From positions 343,232,001-343,296,000 of the forward strand of contig OZ024741.1 in the NCBI GenBank assembly GCA_964016885.1: DNA of 64,000 nt. The letters run 5' to 3'. The translations under genes and the position numbers were made by a program. The stretch is from Eledone cirrhosa. Lineage: Eukaryota. Shown piece after piece: positions 14,419-31,528 of the stretch (positions are counted from its first letter, which is position 1; the number at the start of each line of letters is the position of its first letter). The notes beneath the pieces were generated by a model. That model had not been told where the DNA came from. It worked only from the letters and a program-made list of their open reading frames with translations, and did no database searches.

Positions 14419-15479
14419 CAAGTCTCTACAAGGACTAAAAAGCCACGCCCCTGATGCTCGTGTTTAAGTATCTTGACTTGAAATCGATATATATATATAT
14501 AAACATGTGTGAGTGTACGTTTGGATATAAGCACTGTTGAAAACGAATAAGGGCATCTAATTTCCTCGCCACCTGATTCATAGAAACTACAATTTAGCGC
14601 AAACTGCGGCATATAGTTACGTCCCTTTGCGTTCTGATCTTAAATCCCACCCTTGTTAGCTTTGCCTTTCTTCCTTACCGGGTTAATAAAATGAAATACC
14701 AGTAATGCATTCAAATTGCTGCCCTTGTGCCAAATTTAAGAATGCCAAAGCAACAAACTAAATAAAAGGAGAAACAATTATTACTTCCAGGATTTTCAGC
14801 AGGTTCAAGAAACATCTGCTGTAAAGATGTTCGTGAAAAATATAATGACAGAAACAAACGAACGAAAAATAAACAGTTAGATAGGAACACGATAGGAACA
14901 ACACGTGAGCAATGGAACTGCAGGTGAATATCGAATAAAATGATGTTTTCGATTAGAGCAAACTGTTAAGAGAGAACAAATATTAGTAAGGCTTACGTGT
15001 AGAAGAAAAAAACGAGAAAGTAGAGATGAATATAAAAGGAGAGGCTTTGAATAGAAGAATCCGAGAAGAGATTACATATTCTAGAATGACTGGAACAAGG
15101 CAAATGCAGTGTACGTTATGTAACTAACGCTCTTTAAACATGATTGGTTGATTTACGAGGTAACTACTGGCCAGGGAGACTTCAACGTAATGGTTACATT
15201 TCTTACACGGCATACAAGTGATACATGGTTCGTTACCCTGACGGCATCTCTGTCCACGTTTTTTCTTTCTTCAGAAGTGTTATGCCCGATAAATTCAGTG
15301 TTTTCTTTTACATAAAGAATAAATAATTTATTAATAATAAGAATAAAAACAATCATAAACAAATGTATTTCAAATAGTAGCAACACTACAGATATTTAAA
15401 ACGGAAAGTGAAGGAAAGGCAAAGGCTCTGGTGTCATAAAAGAATGGGAGGGGGAAGAGGGATGGTGATGGGCTCTAGG

Positions 15480-15745
15480 AACAGGGCGCGGTGGTGTTGG
15501 GGCTGCGCCCCGCGGACAATGCAGCAAAAGCATTCCTTCGGGCAATGGCCAGCGACACCCAATACATCAACTATCCCACCTCGTGGGGCTCCTTCCTCAG
15601 ACGGGCTGCTGAAATTCCGTTCTTGCGGAGGAGCTCGGCTGTAGGATCTCCGAGTACGCCTGAGGTCTCGTCGGTGACCAGTGCGAAGAGGAAGCAGCCA
15701 GACAATCTCCGGTATTTGTTTATCTTCCTTTACTCTGCATAGCGG
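15480..15745 (-). mobile_element. CRE-like non-LTR retrotransposon 3' remnant (RLE C-terminus)
   Basis: rc translation RKINKY...ETSGVLG...ARLRKEPHEV...VSLAIARRNA; homologous to 52500-52740. Confidence 0.6.
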
Positions 15746-15857
15746 GCCGCAGTTATGATCTGATTTTCTAAATTTCTTACAACTCTTCTATTATTCTAAC
15801 ATTCTATTATTCTAAATATGTTCCTATTTTTCTAAATTTCTTAATATAATAATAATA

Positions 15858-16035
15858 ATTGTTTCTACTTTTGGCACAAGGCCAGCAATAACCCAGTGCA
15901 TTACTGGTACTTTATTTTATCGACCCCGTAAGGATGAAATGCAAAGTTAACCTCGGCGGGATTTGAACTCAGAATGGCAAGGGCCGTAACTCTATGCGTC
16001 AAAGCATGGCGTCCGACCCTCTATCGGTACTGCCA
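15858..16035 (-). mobile_element. tRNA-derived SINE
   Basis: Matches window SINE consensus. Confidence 0.8.
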
Positions 16036-16039
16036 ATAT

Positions 16040-16370
16040 ATAATATAATAATAATAATGAAATTATTGTGTACAATGCTCAGGTGCACTACAACTCATCA
16101 AAGGTGCATGTATAGTACATAGAATAATATACAAATGTCAGGAAAGTGAACAGTGTATGAGTCATGATATACATGTGTGCGTGTGTATGGAGGGGCATAT
16201 GATATGTAGTGTTGGTGAATTTCAGAAAGCATGGAAGTTTTAAAGTTTGCAATGCCACGGCAGCTAATAACTGAAGCAGGACATTGTTCCATGCTTCAAC
16301 AACTCTGAGCGTGAAAAAATGTTTTATCAAGTCAGTTGCCAGACGTCGGCGCTTCAAAATATCCATGCCC
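16040..16370 (-). mobile_element. CR1/L2-type LINE 3' remnant
   Basis: KHFFTLRVVEAWN motif, 3' UTR and (ATT)n tail. Confidence 0.7.
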
Positions 16371-16389
16371 TCGATTTCTAGTTTAACTT

Positions 16390-18400
<2,011 letters not shown>

Positions 18401-18582
18401 AGGAGAGGAAAAAAACGAGGAAGAAGGAAAGAAGAAAGCCAGCCGTTGTAAGGGAACGAGTTTAATGAAGCCATTCATGGTTCGATCAGCAGAGATTGTG
18501 GGTGTGAGTGAAAGGGATAGGAATATGGTAGGAGGAGGTAGATGATCATGTTTACATGCTCGTATATGTATATATATATATT

Positions 18583-18627
<45 letters not shown>

Positions 18628-18966
18628 GCATATATCCACACGCATATAAGCACATAAACACGCATTTATCTGTGTGTGTTTGTGTTTGTGTAGACATGCG
18701 AATGTATTTCACACGCTCAACGCTACAAAGGTGCATTCATTTCTCTCTTTATATATATGTGTAATTGTGTGTGTGGAATCGTGTGTGTGTGTGTGTTTGT
18801 GTGTGTATATATGTATGTGTGTGTGTGTGAATGCATATGTGTGTTTCTCTATGTGTGTACATATAGATCCACATACGTTTCTATAATATAGAATATTGGT
18901 TTCTATTGAAATCACCCAGATTTTCACACGGAAATGTGTCGCAGTTTTAAAGAGGAAAGAAAAGTA

Positions 18967-19019
<53 letters not shown>

Positions 19020-19599
19020 ATGTGTGTGTTCGTGTGTATGTGTGTTTATAAAGATATTTACATTTGCATATACAGTTATATATATATGGATATGTTCATA
19101 TTCGTATAGTTGTGTGTAAGTATGCATTCATGTACTTCCATGCATGCATTCATCAACACATACATTGAGTCTTGCATTCATACTTACACCTTTACAATTA
19201 TACATACATTCATATACCTACACACAAGCGAATTCATACAGATTTCATGACACGTATATCGGTCAAATCGAACTCCTATCACTGTCTATACAATAAGAGA
19301 AGCTTTATTTCTTAAAATCACCGCATATATTTTGAATTTTAATGATTCTTTTTCGTTATTTCGAGGACATTTTTATCAATGTGAAATTTCATATTTTGTA
19401 TTTAAACATTTTGGTAGTATGTGTTTATGAAAAACACACTAACATTCTTTCTATATTATCATTTCCATTTGTCTGATGGCGTGTTGTTAGTTTGCTTGAA
19501 TTATTTAAATCCAGAACAAATTGCCATATTTCGTCCTATTTCTTTCGGTTTTCGAATGTTGCCTATGCCAAAATTAACTTACATTCTTCCTTGGGAAAA

Positions 19600-21030
19600 T
19601 AATGATTTCTAGTATAGGCACAAGGCCAGTAATTTGGAGGAGGGGAAAGTCGATTAAATCGACACCAGTACGTTACTGCTGCTTTATTTTATCGACCCCG
19701 AAAGAATGAAAGGCAAAGTTAACCTCGGTGGGATTTGAACTCAGACCGTAAAGGACCGTAACTCTATGATGCAAAGCATGGTGCCCGATACTCCACCATC
19801 ATTTACCGATATTCCACCACCCTTCCGTGGGAAAATAATGATTTCTAATTTAGGTGCAATATTAACAATTTTTAGAGAGGGGAAAATCAATTATATCGAC
19901 CCCACTATTTGATTTGTATTTTATTTTATCGAACTCGAGTGTACGAATGACATGGTTTGACCTTGGCGTCATTTGAACTCAGAACGTAAAGATCCGTAAA
20001 TATAAACCGCAAAACATTTTGTCTGACGTTCCAAGACACCGACCATTATAGAGCAATAAGTTGGGAATATAAGCACTGGGAGACGGGAAAAATGTTGTAC
20101 AGCGCCGCTCGTGTCTCGAACTTGCACTTGCCATATTCCATTTTAATGTACTACTATTACATCCGATTTCTGTGGGCAAATAATTGTTTCTACTTTAGGC
20201 ACGAGACCAGCAATTTGAAGGGGAAGGGAAAATCGATTAAATCGGTGCTTTATTTCATCGACCCCGTAAGGATGAAAGGCAAAGTTGACCTCGGCGGGAT
20301 TTGAACTCAAAACCTAAAGGGCAATAACTCTATGCTGCAAAGCATGGTGTCTGACGCTCTACCGATACTGCCAATGCACAGCCTTCTGTGGTTAAATAAT
20401 AAAACTATTGAAATCTATCTTAATCATTTATATTCAAATGCAATATCATTCGTCATCTCTTACCTTCAATTATGTTCTCTCTTCTCCCTTCTCAGTAATC
20501 CCTTGGATTTTACTCACTTTATTGCCTTGCTTAGGGTGAACTATAAATGAATACATAAATAAAATGCTACTCCAGTTCGTAGGCCCTTCTGCATATGTTA
20601 GACATTGAATTGGTAGAACGTCGGACAACATGCTTTGCGGCATGTGGTTACGATGTTTTACGTTCTGAATTCAAATCTCACTAAGTTTATCTTAGCCTTT
20701 CATCCTTACAAGGTTGATAAAATAAAGTACCAGTAACGCACTGAGGTCAATTTAATCAACTTTGCCCATCCCTCAAATTTCTGGCATTGTGCTAATTGTA
20801 GAAACAATTATATATGTGCTATAAAGTGGCTGAATAATTAGGTCAGCAGAAACAATGCGTAGTCTTTAGGTAGAGGGTCGAACGCCATGCTTTGCACCAA
20901 AGAATTACGGCCCTTTATGGTCTGAGTTCAAATCCCGCCGAGGTTAACTTTGCCTTACGGGGTCGATGAAATAAAGTACCAGTAATGCACTGGAATAATT
21001 GCTGGCCTTGTGCCAAAAATAGAAGCAATT
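19600..21030. mobile_element. Cluster of five SINE copies (three minus, two plus)
   Basis: Consensus hits at ~19600-19800, 19840-20030, 20180-20380 (-); 20605-20810, 20870-21030 (+). Confidence 0.8.
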
Positions 21031-21100
21031 ATTACTATCAAGATATCCATTCAAAAACAAAACATTTAATTTAATAGTTATTCCCTTGACCCTCATCATT

Positions 21101-21141
<41 letters not shown>

Positions 21142-21436
21142 CTTCTTCTTCTTCTTCTTCTTCTTCTTCTTCTTCTTCTTCTTCTTCTTCTTCTATACTG
21201 AGATATGTAATGAGGAGAAAGCGGCATAGCATCGCATGGGAGGGAAGTAAGGCCCTATGTAATAACGGAGGAAGGAACAGGCTCTGTTAGATGGAGTAAT
21301 GCGAATACTGCAATAAATGAAGTGGGCAGATCCGTGGTAGACAATATGAAGTGTAAAACTAATATTTTTCTTCATTCTACTGTGTCGTTTGCTTTGTTGT
21401 TTCTGTTTCCTTTATGCATGTATATATATATATATA

Positions 21437-21548
21437 ACTAAGGAATTGTGGTAAGGAACCAGATGGACCATAACGCACCAGAGTACTCAATACTTAGGGT
21501 AGTTGAGTGGGTAATATGAAAAGGTTGACCCCGACGGCAGAGCTCAAG
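21437..21548 (-). mobile_element. Family B 3' remnant
   Basis: gtggtaaggaaccagatggaccataacgcacc...gagctcaag. Confidence 0.75.
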
Positions 21549-21615
21549 TCTTTCCTCTTTCCAATATAAAGCGTGAAACTAATAAGACTTTTTGTACCTC
21601 TGTTTGTTGTTTCCT

Positions 21616-21663
<48 letters not shown>

Positions 21664-21677
21664 GCATATACATATAC

Positions 21678-21719
<42 letters not shown>

Positions 21720-21745
21720 TATATATATATATACATACATATACT

Positions 21746-21776
<31 letters not shown>

Positions 21777-21785
21777 TATATATAC

Positions 21786-21841
<56 letters not shown>

Positions 21842-22867
21842 TATATATATTTGTGTTGTTGACACACCCTCTTACTCCTATTATGATGTTCTCAACGATA
21901 CTTTCATTATTACGGTGTCAATAAAATGAAGTCATGGAGTCTTACTCAATTATTGGTCAAATGTAATCAACCATAAACTCACATCCACCAAATATATGTG
22001 GCGGCCTAATCTATGAATTTAATAACTATAACACTTATGTCATATTATTTTATTACTTATTAATTCTAGTCATTTATCCTCAACCACGCTGCGGTACTGT
22101 TCGTTTATGAATGTTTAGTCATTTTAGTCTGGCTATTATGTTAGATGCCTCTATTGAATGGCCTCCTAGTTATATACACTTTGTCGTAAAGGAGCACAAC
22201 TCAACCTACCATTTTATATACACATTCACACATGCATATACGCATATATATGAGTGACATCCATGCAGATTCGATCTCCACAATTTGAATAAAGAAGCAA
22301 GGTCAAACATGTTTGCAATGAAGACATTCTTTAGAGTTCCTACAAAGAGATTGAGTTCTAAAACCACACAGCACTTCTTATGTTGTCGTATCCGTTACAT
22401 AGTGTTTGTCAGCTGTAGTAACATCGTGGAAAAGCTAGTTCCTTGCTTTATAACTATTTAAATCAATAATGCTAGTTTGTATCGATTACATAGAGCTGCC
22501 AATAACTGCACCGTGAAAGGATTAAGCCACTGATAACAAAGTTTATATTTAGAATAGCTACATATCATATGGTCATAGAAGCAATAATAGTGTTGTAATT
22601 ATACATTAACTGCTAAAAGACTACTTCGCAAACAATATGATTTATTATGGGTAGAGCTGTGTCATCACTGAAAATAACAATATGATCTAGTCATTGATTG
22701 ATCTTTTCTTAAGGCTTAGTCAAGGAAGAAAGCACGATGCTTACGATATTTTGAAGGGTTAGCGAGCCAGGTGGGAAAACTAAAGTTATTCTAAAATTGT
22801 AGATTTGTTACAGATGCAAAAAGACTGAAACTAGACGTAGTGCTGCGAAACTGGGTGACATTAAATA

Positions 22868-22968
22868 CAGGGTGTTTCAAAAAATTCTATACACACTTTG
22901 ATTACCTGTACAGGCAATATTTATTAGAATGCTTTTGAAGTGTGTATACATTTTTTCGCGACACCCTG
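22868..22968. mobile_element. Tc1/mariner-type MITE (~100 bp)
   Basis: TA|CAGGGTGT...ACACCCTG|TA with imperfect ~30 bp TIRs. Confidence 0.75.
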
Positions 22969-23806
22969 TATATTAACAAATATCGAAATGAAAATGAAAT
23001 ATATCCGCCATCAAATCTGTGTGTGAAAATGTTTCCATATACGTTAGAGAGAATTTCAATTAATTAACATTTTATTTGCATACGGTATTCAGTGTAACAA
23101 CTTTGTCTTGATCATCTAAATTTAACCCATTGTTCTCTCAATTAATTTTGTTTTTGATAATGCAGATTATTCTTGTAAAAAATATATGTAAATCTTTTTC
23201 TATGTGTAAAATTCAATCCAGCTCGGTTAGACTGTAAAATGTCTATAAATCTCCTTCACTTGCAAACACAACAGGCTGCCATTTTTCCGAGGCAAGTCGA
23301 TTCTAATTTCTTGAAATTATCTTTCATTTCCAGTTAGGTTTGTTTGTTTTCTATCTCAAAAAAAAAAGGAAAATTTTATTAAAAAAATATATGGTAGTCT
23401 CCACAAAAACTGGAAATGGGCCTACGACGTGTCCTGTAGGTGTGGGATGGAAGAACAAAGGATACGTATCCCGACCCACAGAGAGGGTCCGGAAAGGAGG
23501 AAACCTTGACGAAAAGAACATTTATTTATTACATACGACATTCAGTACATCAACTTATTTAACCATATCTACGCCATTGCCCCAATTGAGTTATTTCCCT
23601 TAGATACTTCTAGTTTTAATTACATTGTCTAAACTTTCCGCTTTTACAAAAGGACACAACGAAAAATAAAATCAATTACACCCAGTGACCTCATAACCTT
23701 TCTAATTATATTCATTATATCTAGTTCCAGATGCTTCTCTCCATTATTACTGTGATTCTTCTATATATTTCTCCTCACTCTCTCTCTCTCTCCCTCTCTC
23801 TCTCCC

Positions 23807-23841
<35 letters not shown>

Positions 23842-24184
23842 CACCTCTCTTATATTTTTCACTTTTTATCCTTTTCCATACTTTCTTTATTTTTCTCGTT
23901 CTCTCCATTTGTCTTTATTCTTATTGCTCTCTATTTTTCTTTACATCCTTCCTCTCTCTACATCTGTCTCCGTTTCATCTTTTATTTATTTCTTCCATTG
24001 TGTTTTTCCTCTTGTCTCTCTTTCTTTCTTGAGTTCATGTTTTATTTTTCTGTTTATGTTTTCATTCTTCTATATCATTACTTCTTAGTTCGTGGCATAC
24101 CTTCAAATTTTTCTTTCACATTGTATTTTCTGAATCGAAATATTCTATTTCCACTCACATTTCATTCATCCAGGAACATGTTAA

Positions 24185-24312
<128 letters not shown>

Positions 24313-24529
24313 AGGTATCCCATCCATCAATGCACAGAAATGGAAGATCCAATTCATTGAGGATTGGGTTGGGAACCATCCATTTCACACCGCCTTCTTC
24401 ATTCTTACTGAGACCCACCTTGACAACTCCCACTTGGAGGCCGAAGAGTGAGAAATTTCACAACCATCCGTGCGTATCGTGTTGGCAGAAGGAAGGGTGG
24501 AACTGTCATTTTCCTACACCCATAATCTG

Positions 24530-24625
24530 TTTCAAAGAATGCCTTAACAGTATTAAATGCTTTATTAAACAGTGCCATTCTAGCAACATACTTTTGATGG
24601 GAGACTTTAATCTACCCTGTGGCAG
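24530..24625 (+). mobile_element. LINE APE endonuclease fragment
   Basis: NILLMGDFNLP motif. Confidence 0.5.
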
Positions 24626-24964
24626 TGGCTTGTAGTACATCAAATAATACCTAGAAACAATGTTTCCATTGGTCTTTGCAATTGCTAATACTATCTGTCG
24701 GTCGCAAATCCAACCAGAAAGAAGAACGTGAAATAAAGTGTCTTGCTCAAGGTCATAATGCATCACTCGGTCCAGGAATCGAGATCACAATCTCGTGATT
24801 GTGAATCCAAATCTCTAACCACTCAGCTACACACCTTCACACACATACACTCACACATATATTTATATATATATATATATATGTAGGAGGTGAGTTTTAT
24901 TGTAGCACAATAAAGTAATGCAAATATCGGATAAGTATCACTCAACAGTTTATAGGACTGGAGT

Positions 24965-25117
24965 ATAAATAATATAAAATCAAAAGATGGTTAAAAGAGT
25001 TCCATGTATTTTATTATGCGAATTTCAAAAACAAATATCATCCCATGATATTTGTTTTTGAAATGCGCATAATAAAATACATGGAACTCTTTTAGTCATC
25101 TTTTAATTTTATATTAT
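24965..25117. repeat. Fold-back of HHR element family seen intact at 62874-62980
   Basis: Diverged inverted arms centred on aatatcat-ccc-atgatatt; GAAA tgcgca TA ataaaa. Confidence 0.8.
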
Positions 25118-25250
25118 ACTAGCATTAAAGCCCGGCGTTGCTCGGGGTCAGTAAGTTACCAAAGTTAGGTTGCACCACCCATTTTATGGCAGCACTTTTT
25201 TGTCTGCCAGGCACTGGGTGAATGAATTGCAGACCTGGACTGCCGAAGCA
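25118..25250 (-). mobile_element. Helitron-like 3' terminus
   Basis: rc ends with cccg...cggg hairpin then CTAG|T. Confidence 0.5.
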
Positions 25251-25331
25251 GGATATATATATATATATATAATATTATAATGAAATGACAGGAGGTTGGA
25301 TTTGTGTAAATCAAGTGGTGAACCTCAAACC

Positions 25332-25370
<39 letters not shown>

Positions 25371-25377
25371 AACATAT

Positions 25378-25679
<302 letters not shown>

Positions 25680-26053
25680 GCAAAAGTTCTATTTAAAATT
25701 GTTGGGATACAACAAGTAAATATTTTTATAACTGATATAAAGCACTCGACATGATTTTGGAGTAGATATACGATATTAATAAATGGAAACTATATTTATA
25801 AAACCATATTTATTTCATTATACATATTTCAGGGATACCAAATTAAATTATGGTATACCTTCATCAGACAAAATACAATATATAACAGTTTTACAAATAA
25901 GCTTTGACGTACACTATTAAAATGCAACCATTGTTTTTGGATCGTATATGAATATATATATATATATATAAATATGTATATATATATATGTATATATATA
26001 TGTATATGTATATATATAAATATATATATATATACATATACTCTGATATGCCC

Positions 26054-26157
26054 AGTTCCTGGTTGGGTTGTTATTTCACTGAGGAACTGAGGAACTGGAA
26101 TCAACTGGAATGATATGATTCCAGTTTCTCAGTGAAATAACAACCCAACCAGGAACT
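26054..26157. repeat. Inverted repeat with internal micro-duplications
   Basis: agttcctggttgggttgttatttcactgag / ctcagtgaaataacaacccaaccaggaact. Confidence 0.75.
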
Positions 26158-26655
26158 CCCTTCTCTCTTTATCTTCCGCATATTGGTAACCGCGCGTGTG
26201 TGTGTGTTTATACGCGTGCTTTCATACTCGTATGTGTAATTAATACCTGTAACTGGATGCATGTTAACCATATTATCTTTACACTTTCTTTTTCAACTCA
26301 TATTATATACGTATTTGTGGTCACATATACACAAATATACTTGCCCTCATATATGTACTTACGCACACATTTTCACCATACACATGCATTTGTACATACA
26401 CACATATGTACATTTGTGAGTGTATATACATACATATACACATACCCTAACTATATTTCCTTATTGTTTTATATATCTCTTGCATTACTTTTATTTATAT
26501 ATTTTTTGCCCGTTAAACTCTTGCCTTTCTTGAGGAGACTTTTCAAATATTTCACTATGTTTTAAATTGCCTTGTCCGACAAACGAATGAGGACATTTTT
26601 CGTATTCGTCTTATTCGGGAAACCTCTGGTAATGAGGTAATTATATTGTATTGTT

Positions 26656-26710
<55 letters not shown>

Positions 26711-27284
26711 CAGACAATTCTATTGATTAATTAATTGCTTAAGTTTATTTAAAAACATCCCGGTCGAGAGCTTAATATTCGATTTGTGCAGTCTTTTGCA
26801 ATTCTTGCAATAATTTTACACATTCTGAATCCATCCACCAAAACCGGGGTTACCTCCCTTGCAGGGTAAACACGTGGGGTAATCACTCCAACACTACTAT
26901 TGCATTGGGACACGCTCGCCGGCTGAGAACATAACACCTGTTGACGAAATAGTACCTTTGTTTGATCCTTATACCAAAAGATTACAATGAAAGCTGGCAC
27001 TATAATTGATTTAGTTGTCACAGAAACCTCCCACTGGATTATACCATCAATTTCGAAGGGGTCCAGGTAAATTCTTTTGTTAACCTGCTTAGCTTGCTTC
27101 GTTTTGTTTGGCTCCGGCGGCTGATAGCTTCATGACCGCCGTTTTCAGTTTGTATGGCCTCTATAACGTATGTTAATTGCTCTGGTCCTCTTTTAGTCCA
27201 TTGAGCGCTTGCCGCATATCTCGAAAATTGCTTTTCGCTTTGGTTTTGTCCACTGCCAAAATACGATCTCGATGAAATGATATT

Positions 27285-27391
<107 letters not shown>

Positions 27392-27466
27392 TCTGTTACA
27401 ACTATATACAATATATTGCTTTTATATATATGCGCGCACACACACATATATTTATATATGTGTATG

Positions 27467-27503
<37 letters not shown>

Positions 27504-27646
27504 ACATATATTATAAAGAATAGTGGCGTTTTTAACTACATCTTCTGTTTATTACATAATCCTATTAAATGTTATCGAAGACGTATAACAGAATGACTGT
27601 CTTATTTTTTATTTGTGTTTATCTTGAATTACACACGCACGCACAT

Positions 27647-27730
<84 letters not shown>

Positions 27731-27989
27731 GCGTATATGGAGGTATCTAGAATTCTTTATTTCATCGCATGAGGATTATCCCTGCTTTTCAATTGTCAGA
27801 TTCGTTTTACATAGGCCTTAACACTCTCCATGTAAGAGTGACTAAGGAATGTGACATATATGTAAGTAAAACCTTTGATTAAACCATACTGGCCTATCGT
27901 TCAGGGGTAACTTTGACCTCATATGCTAACGGTTTAAAGAGGCGTGCTTTTTGTACCAGTGAAAACCTCAGAAGCCTCCAGTGCTTGAA

Positions 27990-28170
27990 ATAATGGTTTC
28001 TAATATTCTAAGAAGGCCAGCAATTTTGGGGGAGGGCGAAGTCGATTAAATCGATCCCAGTGCGTGACTTGTAATTTATTTTATCGACCCCGTAATAATG
28101 AAAGGCAAAGTTAAATCGGTGGGATTTGAACTCAGATCATAAAAAGCCGTAACTCTATGCTGCAAAGCAT
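27990..28170 (-). mobile_element. tRNA-derived SINE
   Basis: Matches SINE consensus. Confidence 0.8.
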
Positions 28171-28691
28171 GAGTGCTTGAAATAATAATGAAAATCTAAA
28201 CTTCCAAAATAATGCATCCCGCAGCAGCTTACATCTCAGAAAGTACTTGCTCTCTTTATGAAACCGTCCCCCACCGACATACAGTCTTCACAGACAGAAG
28301 TATTTATCCTACATACCAATACTCTCTACTCTATATCTTCTATCATTCGCCGCCCTCATAATGCCACACTCATAAATGATTGGGTTTATTCATTAACAAC
28401 ACGATATATATATATACACACACACCTACACAATACTCACTCAAAATTGTATATATTCTTTATGTTTCTATGAACACATAGAGTATAAGTTATACACATT
28501 TGTTTGCACTGAACGAAAGAATAATTTCCGTGAATAGTTTCCCTTTGAGTAAGAAAAAATATTCTAATTACCTCTTCTCTTCTCACGATATTTCGCGCAA
28601 GTCACGTTCTTTGAACATACATACTTAAATTATAAAAATTTGTTTGCACTGGACAAATGGGTAATTTCCAAGCCTATGTTCTTTTGAGTAG

Positions 28692-28724
<33 letters not shown>

Positions 28725-28891
28725 TTGTGATGAATTCTTCTCTTCTCACGGAATCTCACGCAAGTCCCGTTCAGATACTTTAAAATGAATGGTTCAAGAA
28801 AGATTGAATTATTACTGATTGTGATCATGCAATCCAAGTCAGGCTATGAAACTTAAGACAACGTTATACATTCCAGACGGTACGTTTTATA

Positions 28892-29014
<123 letters not shown>

Positions 29015-29197
29015 TTATATATATATATAAAAAAATAAAAATAAAAATGCTAGTGTTACATAAATCGTTTAATCATTATAATTATCATTACTGTGGTTCT
29101 CCCTTGCAATCAAGAAGTCTTTCATGCATTTGTTGTTGTTATGGGAACGGTATCCTGAGATGAAATCTGATTTAGTGTATGCTGCCGGCAGGAATAA

Positions 29198-29310
<113 letters not shown>

Positions 29311-29482
29311 ATATTAATAAATGGAAACTATCTTTATAAAACCATATTTATTTTATAAATATAAAGATAGTTTACATTTATTAATATTATTGATATTATA
29401 CTCCAGAAGAAATCTTGTAGAGTGGTTCGAATCTGTTATAAACTAAATTTGTGGAATAACCAACAAATTAAATAATTCACGG

Positions 29483-29579
<97 letters not shown>

Positions 29580-29661
29580 TATAGTTGAAACATAAAACAT
29601 AAAAACAACAACGAAGAAGCAGTACAAAATGTTAATATTAATACATATATATATATATATA

Positions 29662-30160
29662 AATAAAGTTTCAAAATAAATTAAAAAAAATTAACTGTAC
29701 TTACTATAGTTACCTTTACCGAGTCGGTTTCGATTCTCAAAAATAAACGGAGTCCATACGGCCATCGTTGCAAAGAAAGAATCTCGCCAGAAGGATCTTT
29801 TCATTCGGAGAATATAAAATTCCCGAGTTCATATTACGAACTGGCGCTATTCAAAATTGTTCCCGAGATGAGAGTAAATGAAGTGGAATCAATTTTTTCA
29901 AGGACCGAGTGTAAAGATAGAGGCAGAGGCAGGGAGGTCAGATGGCTACTGCTATAACTAGCAGCAGTCAGAACGACCAAATTTTTCTCAACATAGAGGA
30001 GACTAGTAATAATAGGATATGTGCTCCTACACGCACAGGCGCTAAGGAACACATGAATTGTCCAACCATATGCCAATGTGGTTCAATGGCAGGTTAATAA
30101 ATTAACGAGCCAGATAATCAAGGTTTAGCAAATAAGATAAAGTTTCAAAATAAATTTTGA
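29662..30160 (-). mobile_element. Non-coding HHR unit (~474 bp + ~20 bp terminal redundancy)
   Basis: ataaagtttcaaaataaatt at ~29663 and ~30137; HHR inside; motifs shared with 46143-46870. Confidence 0.65.
29713..29794 (-). ncRNA. Type-I hammerhead (A6G core change)
   Basis: rc: cctt CTGGCGA gattct...agaatc GAAA ccgactcgg TA aagg. Confidence 0.7.
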
Positions 30161-30891
30161 TTATATATGTTCTGGCTCGTTAATTTTATATATTTATATA
30201 TGTATATTTATATATGTATATATGTATATTTATATATCTATAAACAAGGGGTTATAGTTCAAGAGATAAATGATATGACAACAAGAAATGGCCATCTGAA
30301 CAACCCTACATATTCTCAAAGAATTATTTTTTCGTTTCTACCACTGCCCATTCTCCTCTATCTTTCTATTTCTTTTGTAATTTCTCATTCTATCGAACTA
30401 GCGTCCGAAACTAAGACTCTTTTCCTACTATATTAAGCGTAAAACTAATATTTGAGAAGATCGAACACAAAGAAATGTTTTTCAGAAAAAAAGCACGTGT
30501 GTGTTCACATTTATTATTACTATATATATATAGTAATAATAAATGTAAATATATATATATATAATCTATATGAGTGTATGTGTATAGGTATTGGAGTAAG
30601 AGTAGAATAGAGAGAGAGAAAGAGAGAGGGAGAGAGAGAACGAGAAAGAGAGCGAGAGAGAGAGATGGAAAGAAAGAGAAAGAGAGAGAGAAAGATGGAG
30701 TGAGGGAGAAAATCAGAACCAGACAGTCTAATTATCTATCAGCTCGCTCTAAAAGACGTCAATTATAAAGCTGTCCATCCCAACAGCGATTAAGTTTCAT
30801 TCAACTAGAAAATGTATAATATCCTTTCTTATTATACTGGCTCGTCTCTGACTACACTGACACATACAACCACACACGTACACGCACACAC

Positions 30892-30950
<59 letters not shown>

Positions 30951-31404
30951 CAGAGACAGACGTTCTTAGAGACACACACATTGGGACAGACACATTCGAT
31001 GACAGACAGATGCATACACACATACAAGCACACGCAACGCACATATATAAATTAATTATGCAATATTAATTAATTAATATTGAATAAATTGCCAAAATAT
31101 AATTATTTATGTAAATCGCTTGAGTACACTCACGACATTTAGTTGCTATATATAGCTATATTTCTTTTCACGGGCAGATCAAAGGGTACTTATTCTCTCA
31201 CAGATTGAAATCAAATAGGATTTGAAGCCGATTGGGTAGAATCTGTATTTCTGTTCATAGAGAGAAATAAAAATGCATTTGTTGAGATCTGTTGACATAA
31301 AAATGCATCTGTTGACTTAGCGACGGCCCGGTTGTGTACCGTAAAATAATTACCTGGTTTTATACATATATTTAAATATAATTATAGCTTCTTTCTCCCC
31401 ACCT

Positions 31405-31478
<74 letters not shown>

Positions 31479-31484
31479 GTCTCC

Positions 31485-31527
<43 letters not shown>

Positions 31528-31528
<1 letters not shown>

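Noticed and set aside
14448-14492. Possible hammerhead ctgatgc...gaaatcgata; weaker candidates near 8972-9010, 51700-51760 and 62315-62375
   Set aside because: Core or stems too degenerate to call
23200-23345. Possible short host exon or regulatory element
   Set aside because: Only a tiny frame and generic motifs; needs transcript evidence
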